DNA of 63,115 bases, filler included, from Olpidium bornovanus S191 (lineage: Eukaryota > Fungi > Olpidiomycota), in NCBI GenBank assembly GCA_017911155.1. It is 23 parts of 23 records of this genome, joined end to end, with 100 filler letters (N's around TTAATTAATTAA, not from the genome) between each part and the next. Parts side by side here need not be neighbours in the genome. Positions count along the whole stretch, not along the records: positions 48,722 to 50,308 come from JAEFCI010004210.1; positions 50,409 to 52,584 come from JAEFCI010008592.1; positions 52,685 to 55,598 come from JAEFCI010003927.1; positions 55,699 to 58,596 come from JAEFCI010010539.1; positions 58,697 to 61,463 come from JAEFCI010003639.1; positions 61,564 to 63,115 come from JAEFCI010002557.1; 17 more parts are not named here. One strand, given 5' to 3'. This document shows positions 49,230 through 61,739 of this stretch, piece after piece. Position 1 is the stretch's first letter. Every line of letters begins with the position of its first letter. Under the pieces are notes generated by a model. That model saw nothing but the letters and a program-made list of their open reading frames with translations. It was not told the origin of the DNA and made no database searches. Made by a program: the position numbers and the translations under genes.

Positions 49230-52200
49230 CCGCGCAGCGAAACGCGCGCACCCGGGGCGGACGGCTTCTGCTCTCCCCGCAAAACCGCGACGAGCTCTCC
49301 CGGACTCGTTTCGCTCTAGCGAGAAAGAGAGCGAGAGAGAGAGAATGAGCGACCGAGACGGAGAAGCGGAGGCGCTGCGGGCGCACGAGGGGGGTGTGGT
49401 TTGGCGACCCTTTTTTTTTTTTTTTTTTTTTTCCCTTCATTTTCCTCGCGGCTTCAGCGGTCACGTGATTGCCGATTCCCCTTCCAATCGGCGGGCTGGA
49501 AATCCCGTTTTCTCGCGTTTATGGTTTTGAGCGGACATTAAACCGCACGAGCGGCCACCGCAGATCAACAGACGGAACGCCCTCTCCTTTCGAAAACTTT
49601 CGCCCGCGGTTGACCGGATTCCGTGGAGCGCCCGGTCCGCCGGGTTCCCAGGCACCTTCACCTCCCCCCGCGCATTCACCGCCGCAGTTTTCGCGCTTCC
49701 GGTTCCGGCCGCGTGTCCAAGGGCACACGCGAGCCGCCGCGCATGAACGGTCCGATCACACACACCCTCCGTATCGCTTTCTGCAATAGAAGCGCGGCTC
49801 CGCAGCCGGGTCGCGCGTGCTCTTCTCGCCGAGCACGTCGACTAAACATTGCGCAGCAGATTCCATGTCTTGCGGACACATAGCTTGATCCTGTCCCTTC
49901 CCGCCTCCCCGCTGTTTCTCCAAACAAAAAACCACAACTCAGCGGCTGCTCATTGATTCCAGTTTATCCCTTTCAAGTATCGAACGATTCCAACACGTCA
50001 CACACCCCGCCGTCCTTAGAAGACTTTTGGCCCACGTGCAGAGCGTTGATTTCGTCCGACGCTGGCGGAGGACGCTGAAGCCCCCTATATTTGGCAGAAC
50101 GTTGTGAACGGCATTGAGAGACGGGATGCGGCGCTGCGCAATCTCATACCCGAATCGTTTACGCAGACGGGCGGTTACGAATCCCTTGTGCTTTTTCTCA
50201 ACTTGCTCGCGCCTGTTTGGCCTTTCCTCTCTCGTTTCCGCCCGACAGGCTACAACACCGGGGCGAAAAAAGCAAAGAAGAAAAAAGTTACGCAGCGCAC
50301 GCCGCATGNNNNNNNNNNNNNNNNNNNNNNNNNNNNNNNNNNNNNNNNNNNNTTAATTAATTAANNNNNNNNNNNNNNNNNNNNNNNNNNNNNNNNNNNN
50401 NNNNNNNNCATTACACCAATGTATATATATAATAGCTATATATAACTATAAATATATCAATAGTTAAACTAGGTATATACTATATATAATAGTGAACCCG
50501 AGGAGGCGCAGCGAGGAATGCAGGCATGAGCGGTCGTCGCTGTGTGCAAGGAGGCCGCGGACGAGAGATGCAAGTTTACGTGCGTGCTGTGGGCCGACAT
50601 TCAGCAGCCAACCCCAGTCATGTGGGCTACGCATTTGGGCTGGCAGCGCAGTGCCCACAGCTGCGCGGTTCGAGGGCAGGCGGAGCAACATAGCCCCACC
50701 GCCCAAGCGCCGGGAGCCCCCTCCGGAAAAGGTGCGACATACATTTAAGGCACACTCCCACACTTGCCCCCCAAACGCCCCGCCGTTCCTGGCTTTCAAC
50801 CACGGCACTTCGCGCTGACCTAGAACACCCCTGCCGGCCCTCGCTCCCAACCCCGCAGCCCAGTTCCGCGGCCAACAGCCCCGCTTCCCTCTCTGTGCAC
50901 GCCAGCCGGACGCGTGGTTCTGGAAGGGGGGAACGCGCTTTCTGGCCGCCTGCGGGCGCATCCCCAAGTCGTTCCGTAATAAGTGCAAACGCGCAACTTG
51001 GATGATGCTGTTGATTGCAGATAAGCGAAATGAAGCAATTGTTGCATGCCTCTCGTCATGGATCCGCTTCAAGGATATCTGCTCCCCGTCCTTCAAGGCT
51101 TAAAGGTTGGACAGACGCAGCATCCGGGAGGATGTTTTCCGCACGAGGTTTCAGATTGACATTATCCCCTTCTTAAAATTGTGGGCAAGGGCTAAATGGC
51201 TCGGCGGCGTCCTCGGCGGCAACGTTAAGTCGGTGTGCCGCGCAATCGGCAAACTCCGCGTAAAAGGACGGCCAAATGTTGAAGAGACAAGGACTGACTC
51301 TGCGTCAGAGGACGGCCAGGCCGTTGCCCTTACCGGTCATTGTCGATGCCCCTATGATGCGCAAGACTACTGTCCATTGTCATCCGTAGAAATTTCTTCT
51401 CAAGCTTCGGGGCCGTCTGTCCCCACTGGCCGCCGATCTGCAGGGCCAGGCTTTTCCACGGCTGCGTTATTGGGAGACTAGCAGCCGTGCCGGCATCGAG
51501 AACTTTGCAAGCGAAAGCTGGCAAAGGCCCACCCCTGTGTGTAGGGCAGCGCGTCAGCAAGCTGCCTACTACGGCTTTTCATCCTTAAGCACTGAGCAGA
51601 GTTGCCGTGCAAGCTGCTTGAACCGGCGATGCTCTGCTCAGCTGACGGTTTGTTCCTCATTCTGTGGTTCCCTACCGTCCTCCCGAGCTGGCAGCAACGG
51701 GCGTTCACGCCCGCTCGTAGGTTTTGCTACACGTTCGGGGCGCGGCGAGCGGTTTCCCCTCTGCCGCGTTACGCTTTCTACGAGACCACGGGTCCTCCTG
51801 CTTACCTGCGGGGCAGGCTTCCGGGCGTTTTAATTTGCCGCCGCCGATTCCCATTAAGGAATTCTGGATGCGACCCGCCAAGTCCGCGGGGCGGTGTCCG
51901 GCCGAAAGGGAAGGGCGCTGGGACAGTTGTCGTCCGCCCCCCCCCCCTGCGCAGAACGCCGAAATCCGCACGCTGGAGCACAAAAACAGAGCACAAAAAG
52001 GGTGTGGGAAACGCGGCGCTGAACGGACTGGCACCGCCGACGAGGTCATCCGGACCGCGTGGCAAACAGTTCACGGGCCGGGTGACCACAACCGTGTTGT
52101 TGCACTTGTGCTCCCGCCCCCGACCCCCGCATCCCCCCTTCCATCTCCCCGTCCTCTTTCCCCGCCCCCGCCCTTTTATTCCCTCTTCGCCCCCACCGTC

Positions 52201-52684
52201 CCCCGAAAACGGATGTGGGGCCGCCCTGTACATGTACGCCGGTAACCAGGTTTCGAGAGTTGTTATTTTACGCGAGATCCCGCTACCCAAATCTCGCGCA
52301 AATATACCAACCAAAGCGGACCGAAGAGGGAAGAGAAACCGAAGAGGGAAGAGAAAACCTTTCCTTTGCGGGCAACCCGTACAGTCTCTCTCTCTCTCTC
52401 TCTCTCTCTCCCCCTCTCGCTTTTTCTCTCTCTCTCTCTGTCTGTCTCTCTCTGTCCTTCGGTTTTCGCGCCGTAACAAATTTTTTATTTCTTGTTATTT
52501 TGCGTTCCTTCCCCCTTTTCTTCTCATTTATTATTATTATTATTATTTGTGCGAGCCGCAAACAGACGGGGAGAGGCGGGGCGGNNNNNNNNNNNNNNNN
52601 NNNNNNNNNNNNNNNNNNNNNNNNNNNNTTAATTAATTAANNNNNNNNNNNNNNNNNNNNNNNNNNNNNNNNNNNNNNNNNNNN

Positions 52685-54320
52685 CGTAGTTCTGCTCTGC
52701 CGGCGTATTCTGAGGAACAGGAACCCCCTGGAAAAATGTCCGTACGACGCGTGCGTTATCCCGACGCACACTTGCGCGTCCGAGACGAAAAGCGGCAGCT
52801 TCATGTGCCTTACCTCGTCGGCGAACGACAGATAGTTTGGGCCTGCCGCCTCCTCGTGGCCGGTCTTAACATCCCGCGTATGCAGGTCCATTAGCTTCTG
52901 TTCGGCCACCAGCATGTCCAACTTGTACTTCTGCATTTCTTCGTACCGCGCAACTGAGTCCGTCCGTCCGCAGTGGGGACATGAGTATCTTGCCACAACG
53001 TCACGAAATGTCAACGGACCCGCCTCCCTCCCCGTCTCCCAACCCCCCCTCACCGTTCTGCGACACCCGCTCGACGTCGGCATGCGCGGCCTTCGCGATG
53101 TTCTCAAGCGACACCTTCCGCCGCTCAGCGGCAGCGGCCGCGCGGGCTTCCAGCTCCTCTTTCCTCCTCTTCCTCCTCTCCTCGGCCAGGGAGTTCAGCT
53201 GGGCTCTGATCTCGGCGTAGCGGGGGAGATCGGCGGCCTGGTGTGCTTTGGCGGCGATCTCCTCGAGAGCCAGCCTGCGGCGCTGGTAGACCGCGGCGGA
53301 GCGTTCCTCGTCCTCGCGGAGCCGGCTGAGCACGCGCTTCTCGAACTCGGCGTCCAGCCTCTCGCGGATCTCGGCGTGCTTTTCCAGATCGGCCGACTTG
53401 TGGGCCTTGGCCGCGACGTTCACGAGCGACGCCTGCCGGCGCTCGTCGGCCGCTTTGAGCCGGGCCTCCCCCTCGCGCGCCCGCGCGGCGCTGTGTTCGG
53501 CGCTGCGCTCCTCCAGCTGCCCCCTGCTCCCCGCGTGCCTGGTCCCCGCCAGCGACTGGTGCGCCCTCGCCGTGACGTCTTCGATCGACGCGCGCCGCAT
53601 CTGGGCCGCGTCGTTCGTGCGGCTCGCCAGCCTCTCGGCGTTCTGCCTCGCTTTCTCGGCGTTGGCGGCGTCGATGGCCTCCTTGTTTTTGAGGACGCGG
53701 TCGGCGTGGTCAAAGGCTTCCGCGCGGCGGAGGCGATCCTCCAGCGCCGCCTTGTGGATCTGCTCGGCGTGCTCCTCCCGCAGGCGGTGCAGTTCGGCAG
53801 GGCGGTCAAAGGCCGTCTTTTCCTGCCGGGCGGACGCGGGCTCCCCGGCCGTCCGGCCGGCCGTCGCGTCGTCCGCGCCGGCGGACGCGTTCGCCGTGCT
53901 CGGGCTCGCCCGCCCGAGTTCTTCGGAGTGGTCCCTTTTGGCGTTCAGCAGCTCCTCCTCCCTCCGGGCGATCTCCTCCCTCAGCCTCTCGCGCTGCGCC
54001 TTCCTCTCCGCGTACTTGTCCAGGCCCGACACCTCCCTGGCCCTCTCAGCCTTCTCCTCAAGCTTCAGCTCGCGGTGAACCTTCGCCTCCGCAAACCGGG
54101 CGTTCAGCAGCTCCGTCTCCCTGAGGGCGATCTCGTCGGCCAGGGAGCGCAGCCTCCCCTTCGCCAGCTCGCGTTGCTCGCCCATCCGCGTCCTGGGCGC
54201 TTCGGCGGCGATGTTGTCCAGCGACGGCCGGCGCCTCCCGTCGCCGGCCGCGGCCGCCTCGCCAACCTGCTGTTTCTGGGCGTCGCACGCCGCCGGCTTC
54301 GCGTCCGCGACCTTCGCCAT
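52685..54320 (-). CDS. Helical repeat protein with 53-aa period, 3' partial
   Basis: ORF 53001..54320 repeats RR.SL..IAAKAH..ADL.(K/R)(H/Y)AEI. It probably splices (GTGAGG donor near 53052) to exon VARYEEMQKYKLDML. Confidence 0.75.
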
Positions 54321-54392
54321 CTGCTGGGGTGGTGGTGGGCGCGGGGGAAGCGGGGAGCGCGACTCTCGCGTCGTCTGGCCGGATTTTTCTCT

Positions 54393-54423
<31 letters not shown>

Positions 54424-55879
54424 GGTTTTTTTTTTTTCCCTCCTCCTGTTTAGTTACGGCCGGGCCCCGTTCGGCGGCGCTGAATTGCCCCCGCTCAGAA
54501 GCCCACAGCAGGGAAGACCAGCGCGGACGCAAAGACCCCGATCGCGGACCGAGGAAGATCAGCCGCCCCCGGGAACTACGGCCAAGACGTTGTGCCGTGG
54601 CAAGTGGAAGGGCGCGTTCCGCAAAGTCGATCGCAGGAAGAATCGGAGTCGACGGGCGCGCCCGTTTGCGGAGAAGCGTGGGCGTGGGCGTGGGCGGATT
54701 GTTCTTCCAAACGACGACAGCGACCGCCTTGGACGAGCACAACCCGGTATTTCCGCGTCCGCGGCGGTGCGCGCCGACTTGCTCCGCCAAGGTGCACGCG
54801 TTCCACCTGAGCTCCCAGGTCAAAAGGAAGCGGAAACCCCACTTCTCGCGCAGGCGGGCACTCGACAGGCAGCAAGAACACGCAGCTCTGTCCGGCGGCA
54901 CGAACAGCAGTCATTTCCGGCCTGCTCCGCGTCGCGACGGGCGCGCTGCTCCCGAGTCCACGGGGGCGCAGCCGCCTTCGACACCACCGCCGAGGCTGGT
55001 GCCGGCGCGCGGAGCGCCGGGTTCGCTCCGCGCGTCAAGCGTCCGGTACGCCGCCAACGCTTGCCGCAAGGCGGCTCAGTCGAGACCTGGCTTCTTCGCG
55101 AGCGCTGGTCGCTGGTATTTTGCATTCTTCCGGGCTCGCCGTGCATTAAGTGCCGCGCACCGTCCAATGACAGTGGACCAGTGGAACCTCGCCTGAGGGA
55201 AAACGAAAAACCGGCGGCGTCGCAGCGAGGACTGGCATCGAAACAAACCGGCAACGCTGGCTGCAACCGGTCGCGCTAAAGCCTGAAAATTGAAGTTTCC
55301 GGCGACGCGGTCTCCTCAGGACGAAACGTGCGGCGTTCGGTGGCCAAAAAACCCACGCGAGCCCTGTTCCAGCCAGAGAACGGGCGGCGCCAGGCGACCG
55401 CCCAAGGCCACTTGCTCGGGACCTCAGCGAAACGGGGGCCCGGCAGACCGGCGGACAAAATCTGGCCTCTGGATGCGCATGTGCAAACACCCGTTACGCA
55501 GAGCAGCGAAAGGGAAAAGACGGAGCGGGGCGTGGAACAAACCGGGCAGCTGGTGTAAAGTCATACAGGTGCCTCGGAGCAGTTGGAGAGTATCCCAANN
55601 NNNNNNNNNNNNNNNNNNNNNNNNNNNNNNNNNNNNNNNNNNTTAATTAATTAANNNNNNNNNNNNNNNNNNNNNNNNNNNNNNNNNNNNNNNNNNNNTC
55701 TCGGACGGGTTGGGAGGGAATAAGGAGGCCCGGGCGGGGTGATGGTGACGGGGCGGGGGGGCGGGGGCGGGGGCGGGGGGAGAAGGGGGGGGGGGGGGGG
55801 GGGGGGGGCGGTGTGGGAAGAAGGGAAGCCGTCCGTTGGTCCGCGCGCACGCGAGCTGAAAGGGACTGATCGCCAACAG

Positions 55880-57504
55880 AGTTCTTTGCTGAGATGGTAT
55901 ACGTTCGCATTTAACTCCCCTTTACCGTCCCCCCTCCTCCTCCTTTTCCTCCTCCCCCACGTCCCCTTTCTGCGCTCGGCCTCTTCAAGTCTTTTCCCTC
56001 GCCCTGGTGGGTGAGTGTTCTGCGGCGACGGGGCGCGCGTTGACGGACGGGCCAGGCATTGCGAGCCTGCGGCGGAAGAAAAGACCACCCGCGATGCCCC
56101 TCGATGCTCACGATCGTCCTCGCGGTGCGCCCCGCTCGCCCGGCGGTCCCAGACCGCGGACAGGACTGTTTTGAAGGAAGCTGTGAGCGGTAGGCGAGTA
56201 GGAAAAAAAAAGGGCGCACAGCAGAGAGGGACCCTTCGCGAAACCGGTTGTGGGCGGAGGAGGGACGCCGCGGGGCAATTAAAACGCCGAACCAGCGTCG
56301 GCAGAACTAATTATTGTACCCTGGAAAATTGCTTCAGCCGTCGTGCACTCCATCCTTTTCCACCGCGTGTTTGGAGCCATCAACCCGCGCGAAGTTGACG
56401 TCCTTTCCCGCATAACCTACGTAAGAGTCTTTTCCCCCAGGCTCAGCTTATTTTTCCTCCAGGCCCAGCTTATTATATATTCGTCGACGTTGGCGGCGTA
56501 TTCCACGGGTGTCCGCGGTGACGCGATCCGCATTGGCGAGTTTATTTTTTCTTCTTCTTTTTTTATTCCTTTTATGACTCCGTGCCTCGCTCCTTTTCTA
56601 CAGCCCGCTATTGATGATGAGAGCGTAACATTGAAAGTCGAGGAAAAGGTCCAGGCGTTCGTCCGGTCCGTCGATGCCGGCCAACCCAGCACAACCGGCC
56701 AGGTGAATAAGGCGTCTGGTTTTGGCCCAAAGCTTCCCGACTTCCTTAAAATTTCCGCGCAAAACCAAAATCGGACGCGCCGTCCGAGCTCTGCCAGCCA
56801 TCTCAACAGCGTCTTGAATCGGTCGCTTTGCCTTCCGTTGTGAACGCCCGGAATTTGTACGTGCCCTTCGCCGAAGATTGCGGTTACGTTCTACGAGCGC
56901 CGCCCGAAGAAGGTCTGGTTCGGTAAATCGGAGGATAACGTCTGGTGGGAGAGGTGGATTGTCACTGTTAAGGTCGTGGCCCCGAGGACTGAGCGAGGCA
57001 AGTTTGCAGATTTGCTGGCTGCATGTTCGCCTTTTTGCCTCGCGCGTTCGCATGGCGCTCGCGGCTGCTTTGCAAACACGAAAAACTTTTTTTCTCCAAT
57101 TTGCCACCTTTCTGGGATTCCAGAACGGCTGAAGCTTCGATCGGACCTGGAAACGGAGCTCGCCGAAGGCCTGAAGACGATTTCGTGTGTCACACAGCAG
57201 AAGAGGGACCACATCCCTCCCATCACAAGCAACAACCTCAACCCGTTCCCTTACCAGGTGGGAATTTCCTTACCAAACGGCCACCCCTCCCCTCCCCGGC
57301 GTGCTTTTTGCTGTTCCGGGCAAACCTGTCCCCTCCGTGTTTGCTCCCTTACTGGCCGTCCGAGGTCAGTTCACAGCTTGTTTTCATTCTTTCTCACTCT
57401 GACAACAACGCGGGATCGCTGTCCAGATTTCCGTACCATCCTCGTCCGAAGGGTGGGGCATGATGCTCAAGAAGATGCTCACCGACGCTTCGCCGCTTGT
57501 ATGA
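55880..57504 (+). CDS. ATG101: Autophagy protein Atg101 (HORMA), multi-exon, first exon not located
   Basis: LKEAVSA|VVHSILFHRVF, IAVTFYERRPKKVWFGKSEDNVWWERW (WF finger), HIPPITSNNLNPFPYQ|ISVPSSSEGWGMMLKKML; stop at 57502-57504. Confidence 0.92.
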
Positions 57505-58540
57505 TTGAGAGAAATCTGAAGCAGTGATTTTTTTTGGTTGATGCATCAGATAGTTCGACGCACCTGATCGGCGACAATTATGGAAGGGAAATTTTCCGGC
57601 AATGTGGGAAATCCGTGCGAAATTGATGTGACGGGACATGTCTCGTGTGCCGTCAGAACGATTCCCTGTCGTCGAGCAGCCGTTAATCCTGACACCAGGC
57701 TGCGAGGTTACCGGCATTTGGCGGAGCAGTTTCTCAAGACATGAGGTATATAATCGAACAGTTTGGCCCACGACGAAGGTACACTTCGATCGCCCGGACT
57801 TTCGAGTAGAGGCTGCTGCAAGGGGTGGAAATCCCCGGGAAATCAAGTCCCTTCTCAATATCTCTGTGCATCATCCGCCAATTCATTTGTCCTTTCTCCG
57901 TCACGTCGAAATTTACCGGATATCTCTTTTTGGCCGGCCCTATTTGTTGTGGTCTTACACTACGCCTCACGGCGGCGGGCTCGATTCATAGGAGCGCTGT
58001 TCAAGGTATAATCTCCGGGGGTATTGCGCTCTGGTTTCGAAATGGAGTTCCGACTAAAATGAAGCGGAAACATACCGTTATCGGGGATTTGCTCGGATCA
58101 TTTACGTTTTGTTTCCAGGACTTGGTGATGAACGAAGGTGACGACGTCGACGGTCATCCCTGGGCAACGCTCACCCCACTTCGCGGGAGGAGCACCCTCC
58201 ACTTTCCCCCGCATACCCCCTCCCCCCCTCCTCCCCCCCCTCACCCGCTTCCTCTTTCGTTTCCTTCGGCTGCCAACAAACTTTGCCTCCACGCTCCGAA
58301 AATCTCCTTTCTCTCTCTCTCTCTCTCTCCTCTACCTCTGCCGTTTGCTCTGTCGTGGGGATAGGCCGGTGCAACCATGTCATCGTCATCTATCTCCGGA
58401 CGTGGGCTGCGTAACTCTCCTTTCCCTTCCGCCGACCCGACCGACTTCCAAAAAAGCAGTTTGCATCAGCAGCAGAAGCAACACCCTCGAAACCAAAACG
58501 AAACCCGAAACAAACCCCAACAATTGCAAAACGGAAAACC

Positions 58541-58582
<42 letters not shown>

Positions 58583-58696
58583 CTCGGGGGAAAAAANNNN
58601 NNNNNNNNNNNNNNNNNNNNNNNNNNNNNNNNNNNNNNNNTTAATTAATTAANNNNNNNNNNNNNNNNNNNNNNNNNNNNNNNNNNNNNNNNNNNN

Positions 58697-59835
58697 CATG
58701 TTTCCGAGCGCGACGGCCGCCTGGTTGTACAGGAACTGGCCAACGGTGGTGCTGGCGCCGTACATCATTCCAATCGTGACGAAGAACACTGCGATGCGCC
58801 GAAACGCGACGCAAAGGGGATCAGACTTTCGCTCCAAGAGACGAGCGGGAGCTTACGGGGGAATGGGAGGGAAGGAGACGCGGCAAGCCTCTTCGTGTAC
58901 ACTTACTGTTCGCAACAGAATGCTCGAAGCCGACGAGGACGAAGAGCAGAGGCGGAAACCACATGTGGAAGAACTTGCCGGCTCCGTCGCGGGCGCCCTG
59001 GCCGAGGAAGACGCCCAAGCAGACCAGCACGTTGGCCGGGATGGCCCTCAGGAACAGGACGCCGAATCCGTACTGCGTGGTTTTCGCCTCGGCCATGTAC
59101 GTGACCCAGGAGCGATAGGGGTTCGCGGCGAAGACCTCTGTCAAGTAGCCGAAGAAGTAGGCGGTTGCGACGGCACCGACCATGTTCGCGAAGTAAACGA
59201 CCGCCCAGTTACAAAGAAGGCGGCGGACGGACACCTGCACGGGGGCGCAAGTTCGGGGCGTCAGCCGCGAAAGGCCAAATCAAAACTGCGGCATAACCAC
59301 ACGATCTGGAAATTAAATACTTGCGCGCTTATTGACGAGTCCGACCGTCATAACCATAGTGTTCCCCGTAAACAGGTCGCCTCCAAATATCAGAATGAAG
59401 TGCAGGGCTGGAGCACGGAAAGCACTCGGTCAGTACTTGTTGTTCCGACGGGCGTCCTTCGCCCAATCCCCCCGGCGATAACTCACCGAACGGGAAGAAG
59501 AACCCCACCGCCATTTTGGGCAAGATCGGGTGGGTGTGACGGACGGCTTCGGAAATGCCGCCTGCGGCGGACAGGCCCGCCAGACCCCCGAGGCCGACCC
59601 AGAAGCCGGCCAGCATGCCGAGAAACACGGACTTGTCAATCGGGTTTCTGGACTTCTTGTAGGCGGTCTGCACGAACTTGGATTCCAGGGCTGGGCCCAT
59701 GAGCATCTCGAGCGCGTTCGCCTGGGCGGCGTCCGTCAGGTCCTGCAGACCTTTCGGAGTCCGGGCCGCCTGCTGCTTCATGTCGGGAACAGGCCAGGAG
59801 GTTTGAGGTATGCGTGGTGTTTCGGGGCGGGGCAC
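58697..59835 (-). CDS. Formate/nitrite transporter (FNT) family protein, multi-exon, 3' partial
   Basis: FLGMLAGFWVGLGG, GGDLFTGNTM, NWAVVYFANMVG, RAIPANVLVCLG, GFEHSVAN. Confidence 0.93.
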
Positions 59836-60695
59836 CCAGCAGGACGGGGCGGGGGGGCACGGAGCGCGGGACGGGGGAGCACGGAGCGCAGGACGGGCGT
59901 GCGCGGGCTTATAACAACTGCGGCGGGGCGGGGCGGGGAGTGGCTGCGGGCCGGAAGGCGCCCGAAGGGGAGGAGGGGCTCTGCCTGCGCAGGCGCCGCC
60001 GCGAGGGCGCGGTGTTGGTTATCGGGGGGGCGAGGGCACCCGAGGCGACCGACGTACGAGGTGGGTAAGGGGGGCAAGGGGGCCTCCGCCCCGCGCCCCC
60101 TGGAACGAACGCCTTTTGCGCGGCCCGCCCCTCCTCCCTCTCTCTCTCTCTCTCGCTCTCTCCTTCCTGGTTGCCCCGTCTGTTTCCCTCCCGCTCGGCA
60201 ACTGCAGCAACCACACACACCCCCTTTCCGTCGCTGCCGTCCAGGGAACGGGGGGGGTGCCCCCCTCCCCTTCACGGCCCCCTCACGGGCCCCCTCACGC
60301 TCCCCCTCACGGCCCCCTTGGCCCCGTTCCCCCGTTGCCGCCCCCGCCGCCCAAAAATATAAACACGGGCGATTCGTTCCGCCAAGTCCGCCCAGTCCCC
60401 TCTCCGCCCGCCCGCCCAGGGGCCTTCCCCTTCCTCCCCCAAACCACTCCCTCAACCACTTCCGCGGCGTGTTTGGAGCGGGCGGTGCCCCGGGTGTTTT
60501 CGGGCGGCCGCAACGAGGAAGGAAGGGATGGTCCGTTTAAGGAGGGAAGGGGCCGAGGGGCCGCCAAATGGGAGGCGGGGAGGGGGGGAAAAGGGGGGAA
60601 AGGGGCCCTAGTGGAACGTGTTTGGCACGGGATCGGCTTATTCTGATAATCTGATAATTGAGAACGCGTATATATTGGTTATTTCAGTGGCACGA

Positions 60696-60944
60696 GATTT
60701 CGGTGACACGTCGCTGCGAGGACGAATCGCTTTCACGCATAAGCCCTCATCACACGGACGTTTGACGTGTGTGACGGTAGCCGGCGACAGGACAAGTAAA
60801 AAAGGCACCGCGGCCGATTTTGGTGACACGTCGCTACGTGGACAAATCCGTTGCGTGGGACAAATCGCTTTCATCCACAAGCCCTCATCACGCGGACGTG
60901 TGTGGCCGGTAGCCAGCAATAGGACAAGTAAAAAGGCGCCACGG
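60696..60944. repeat. Imperfect tandem duplication of about 120 bp
   Basis: Two copies starting GATTT(C/T)GGTGACACGTCGCT at 60696 and 60816, each ending AGGACAAGTAAAAA(A)GGC. Confidence 0.85.
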
Positions 60945-61739
60945 TTGTCACGTCGCCTTTTTCGAAAGTTTGGCAAAGCTCTGCAGCAGGCTGAGATCTA
61001 TTTCTGTTGGGAGCTGGCCGTTCGGTTCCACACGTACGTTCCGGACAGGAAGTGATGAATATTGGCACTGTGCGCGTGCCCGCGTGTCACTGGAAAGAGC
61101 GTGGTTAGATCGAGGTTAGCGCGGTAACCCTGAGCCTCCCCTGCTACCCAGCAGTGCGTTGGTTCCGAGTGCTGAGGCAAGTCAGACACCGATGTTGCAG
61201 TGGCTATGCTGAACTCGATAGGCAGCATACGACGGTCGTGGACCAGTCGACACTCTTCCACGTAATCACGAAGATGTAGTCTGCTCTCGCTGCAGCGATC
61301 ATATGAAAGGGAACGAAGGGAAGTAAACCCTCACATCTCGCTGGAGCCCGGTTAGGGGCTTCGGTCACTACTGAGTTGCTACACCAGATATCGCTGGTAG
61401 GCCTGCACGTCAGGGTTGCGTGCTATCTAACATAATGTGCCGGATGCCTTTGGAGAGTCATGCNNNNNNNNNNNNNNNNNNNNNNNNNNNNNNNNNNNNN
61501 NNNNNNNTTAATTAATTAANNNNNNNNNNNNNNNNNNNNNNNNNNNNNNNNNNNNNNNNNNNNCTGAAATTTTGGGCCGAAAAGGGAGCACGAAGGCTCA
61601 AGGCGGTAGTTGGCCGGGATGTCGCCTTGGTTTTCCATCACTACCTGCCGTCAGGATGAAGTCTCACTATGGTCTGCCAGCATGACATAACAGACAAAAA
61701 GATAAACCCACGTCCCCCCCCCGTTTTCCCGCATTGGAG

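Noticed and set aside
50880-51100. Possible non-LTR retrotransposon C-terminus (SSKLRVCTYY)
   Set aside because: Too weak to call without a profile search.
52914-55196. 760-aa plus-strand ORF
   Set aside because: Antisense shadow of the GC-rich helical repeat gene plus non-coding sequence; no recognisable domain.
61200-61463. IARNPDVQ, resembling a cytochrome P450 segment (minus strand)
   Set aside because: Only one short motif among stops; no ExxR or heme motif support.
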